DNA of 64,000 nt from Gammaproteobacteria bacterium (lineage in GTDB: Bacteria; Pseudomonadota; Gammaproteobacteria; Eutrophobiales; Eutrophobiaceae): assembly GCA_965222155.1 (NCBI GenBank), contig CBDCTH010000004.1:512001-576000 (forward strand), written 5' to 3'. Shown piece after piece: positions 62,530 to 64,000 of this stretch. Both the position numbers and the translations under genes were made by a program. Numbering within the stretch: position 1 is the stretch's first letter; each line of letters begins with the position of its first letter. Below the pieces are notes generated by a model, which saw only the letters and a list, made by a program, of their open reading frames with translations, had not been told where the DNA came from and made no database searches.

Positions 62530-62542
62530 TATACTATACACC

Positions 62543-63298
62543 ATGGCTCGACTTGAGGGTAAGGTAACGGTAATAACCGGGGCGAGTTCCGGGATCGGGC
62601 GCGCTATTGCACTGGCGTATGCCAGGGAAGGTGCGCGCGTAATCGTCAATTACAACGAGTCAATAGACCAGGCTCAAGACGTAGTCAGCGAAATACAGGG
62701 GTTTTCCGGACAGGCAGTCGCCATACAGGCGGATATTGCCGAACCCGATGCCGTGGGCAGTTTGATTAACACGGCCACCAGCGAGTTTGGTCGAATCGAT
62801 GTATGGGTGAATAATGCCGGTGCGGATATTTTGACGGGCAATAGCGCCAGGCTGCCGGACCGGGAAAAACTCGCAGAACTGATAGACGTTGACCTGAAGG
62901 GGACAATCCAATGTTGCTGGGCCATTGCCGACGTCATGCAACAACAGGGCAGCGGGGTGATTATCAATATGTCCTGGGACCAGGCAGTCCATGGTTACCA
63001 GGGTACCAATCCGCAAATGTTTTCCGCGGTAAAGGCCGGCATTCAGGCGTTCAGTAAATCACTGGCCAAGACGATTGCCCCCGCGGTCAGGGTCAACGTA
63101 CTGGCGCCGGGCTGGATTGCCACTTCTTTCGCCAAAGACGTGATGGAAGAAGAGTATTACTCGGAACGCACGGCTGAAATTCCATTGAAAAGATTTGGCG
63201 TACCCGCCGACGTCGCCGCCGCGGCCGTGTTCCTCGCCTCCGAAGATTCAGCCTATATAACGGGCACAGTACTCAACGTAGGCGGCGGAGTTGTATAA
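62543..63298 (+). CDS. SDR-family oxidoreductase
   Basis: ITGASSGIG, VNNAG, RVNVLAPG; catalytic YxxxK reads FSAVK. Confidence 0.88.
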   Translation: MARLEGKVTVITGASSGIGRAIALAYAREGARVIVNYNESIDQAQDVVSEIQGFSGQAVAIQADIAEPDAVGSLINTATSEFGRIDVWVNNAGADILTGNSARLPDREKLAELIDVDLKGTIQCCWAIADVMQQQGSGVIINMSWDQAVHGYQGTNPQMFSAVKAGIQAFSKSLAKTIAPAVRVNVLAPGWIATSFAKDVMEEEYYSERTAEIPLKRFGVPADVAAAAVFLASEDSAYITGTVLNVGGGVV

Positions 63299-63329
63299 CG
63301 ACCCGGCGCCGCTTCTCTGCTTCCGCAGA

Positions 63330-64000
63330 ATGGCAGTCTGCCATTTTCTGATTTCAGCAGTGTTCTCTGCCGGCTTGTCCGCGCAGGACGGCTATGAGAC
63401 TGCGCAGCGCGGGATGATAGCCGATATCAGGGAAATGGTGGTCGATACCCGGAGTTATACCGGTATAGCCGCGCTGGATGAAAAGGTAATGCAGGCTATG
63501 GCTGAGGCGCCGCGCCACGAATTCGTCCCCCATTCCCTGCGCGAATTCGCCTACCTGAACAATCCTCTGCCAATTGGTGAAGGCCAGACCATTTCACAGC
63601 CCTACATTGTTGCATTGATGACCCACCTGATGAATCTGGATGAAGACGCAGTTGTTTTGGAAGTCGGCACCGGATCAGGTTACCAGGCCGCGGTTCTGGC
63701 GCGCCTGACGCGCCATGTTTACACCATTGAGATCATCGAGACACTGGGCAGGCGGGCAGAAAATACCCTGGCGCGTCTGGGTTTCGATAACGTGACGGTG
63801 AGGATCGGAGACGGATACATCGGTTGGGAGAAACATGCGCCTTTCGATGCGATCATCGTGACGGCCGCCCCCGAGGATGTGCCTCAACCCCTGATAGACC
63901 AGTTAAAACCCGGCGCGCGCATGGTGATCCCGGTCGGCCCGCAACACGGCTATCAATCACTGCAGGTGCTGGAAAAACAGCAATCCGGCGAGGTCAAGGT
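63330..64000 (+). CDS. pcm: Protein-L-isoaspartate O-methyltransferase (truncated by window)
   Basis: PRHEFVP, GQTISQPYIVA, VLEVGTGSGYQAA, APFDAIIVTAA; hydrophobic N-terminus. Confidence 0.9.
   Translation, partial: MAVCHFLISAVFSAGLSAQDGYETAQRGMIADIREMVVDTRSYTGIAALDEKVMQAMAEAPRHEFVPHSLREFAYLNNPLPIGEGQTISQPYIVALMTHLMNLDEDAVVLEVGTGSGYQAAVLARLTRHVYTIEIIETLGRRAENTLARLGFDNVTVRIGDGYIGWEKHAPFDAIIVTAAPEDVPQPLIDQLKPGARMVIPVGPQHGYQSLQVLEKQQSGEVK

Noticed and set aside
62507-62542. MISMPSVA N-terminal extension of the SDR
   Set aside because: Translation of a repeat arm; ATG 62543 fits the SDR fold start

Overview
Chromosomal segment of a gammaproteobacterium, inferred from gene order such as gltX-tRNA-Ala-tRNA-Glu and tRNA-Val-thrS-infC-rpmI-rplT-pheS-pheT-ihfA-merR-tRNA-Pro. 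Contents from left to right: an LptF/LptG pair with a lipid head-group cluster (metallophosphoesterase, CDP-alcohol phosphotransferase, Tam41-like nucleotidyltransferase, Fe/2OG hydroxylase) resembling bacterial sphingolipid (ceramide-phosphoglycerate) loci; a four-helix-bundle gene bracketed by inverted 7-mer arrays; F420 genes cofE/cofD; paaH-like and gltX; a small tRNA-Glu islet with a HigBA-type TA module; a 17-kb surface-glycan locus (uronic-acid, diNAc-uronate and diNAcBac pathways, Wzx, Wzy_C protein, galU); a ParDE-like TA; aspC and uvrB; a 2005-aa RTX-type protein built from near-identical 588-bp repeats; the thrS-pheT block; glmS, tolC, thiC and glnE; an SPL-like radical SAM/phosphorylase/GT2 operon; an SDR and pcm. 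Many intergenic gaps hold palindromic repeat elements of several families, often nested and often supplying or abutting stop codons. The best candidates for undescribed biology are the periodic-arm hairpin cassettes (seven 9-bp-period copies plus the 7-mer-armed four-helix-bundle cassette), the putative sphingolipid-modification locus and the radical-SAM operon. All functional calls come from motif recognition by eye; no searches were run.
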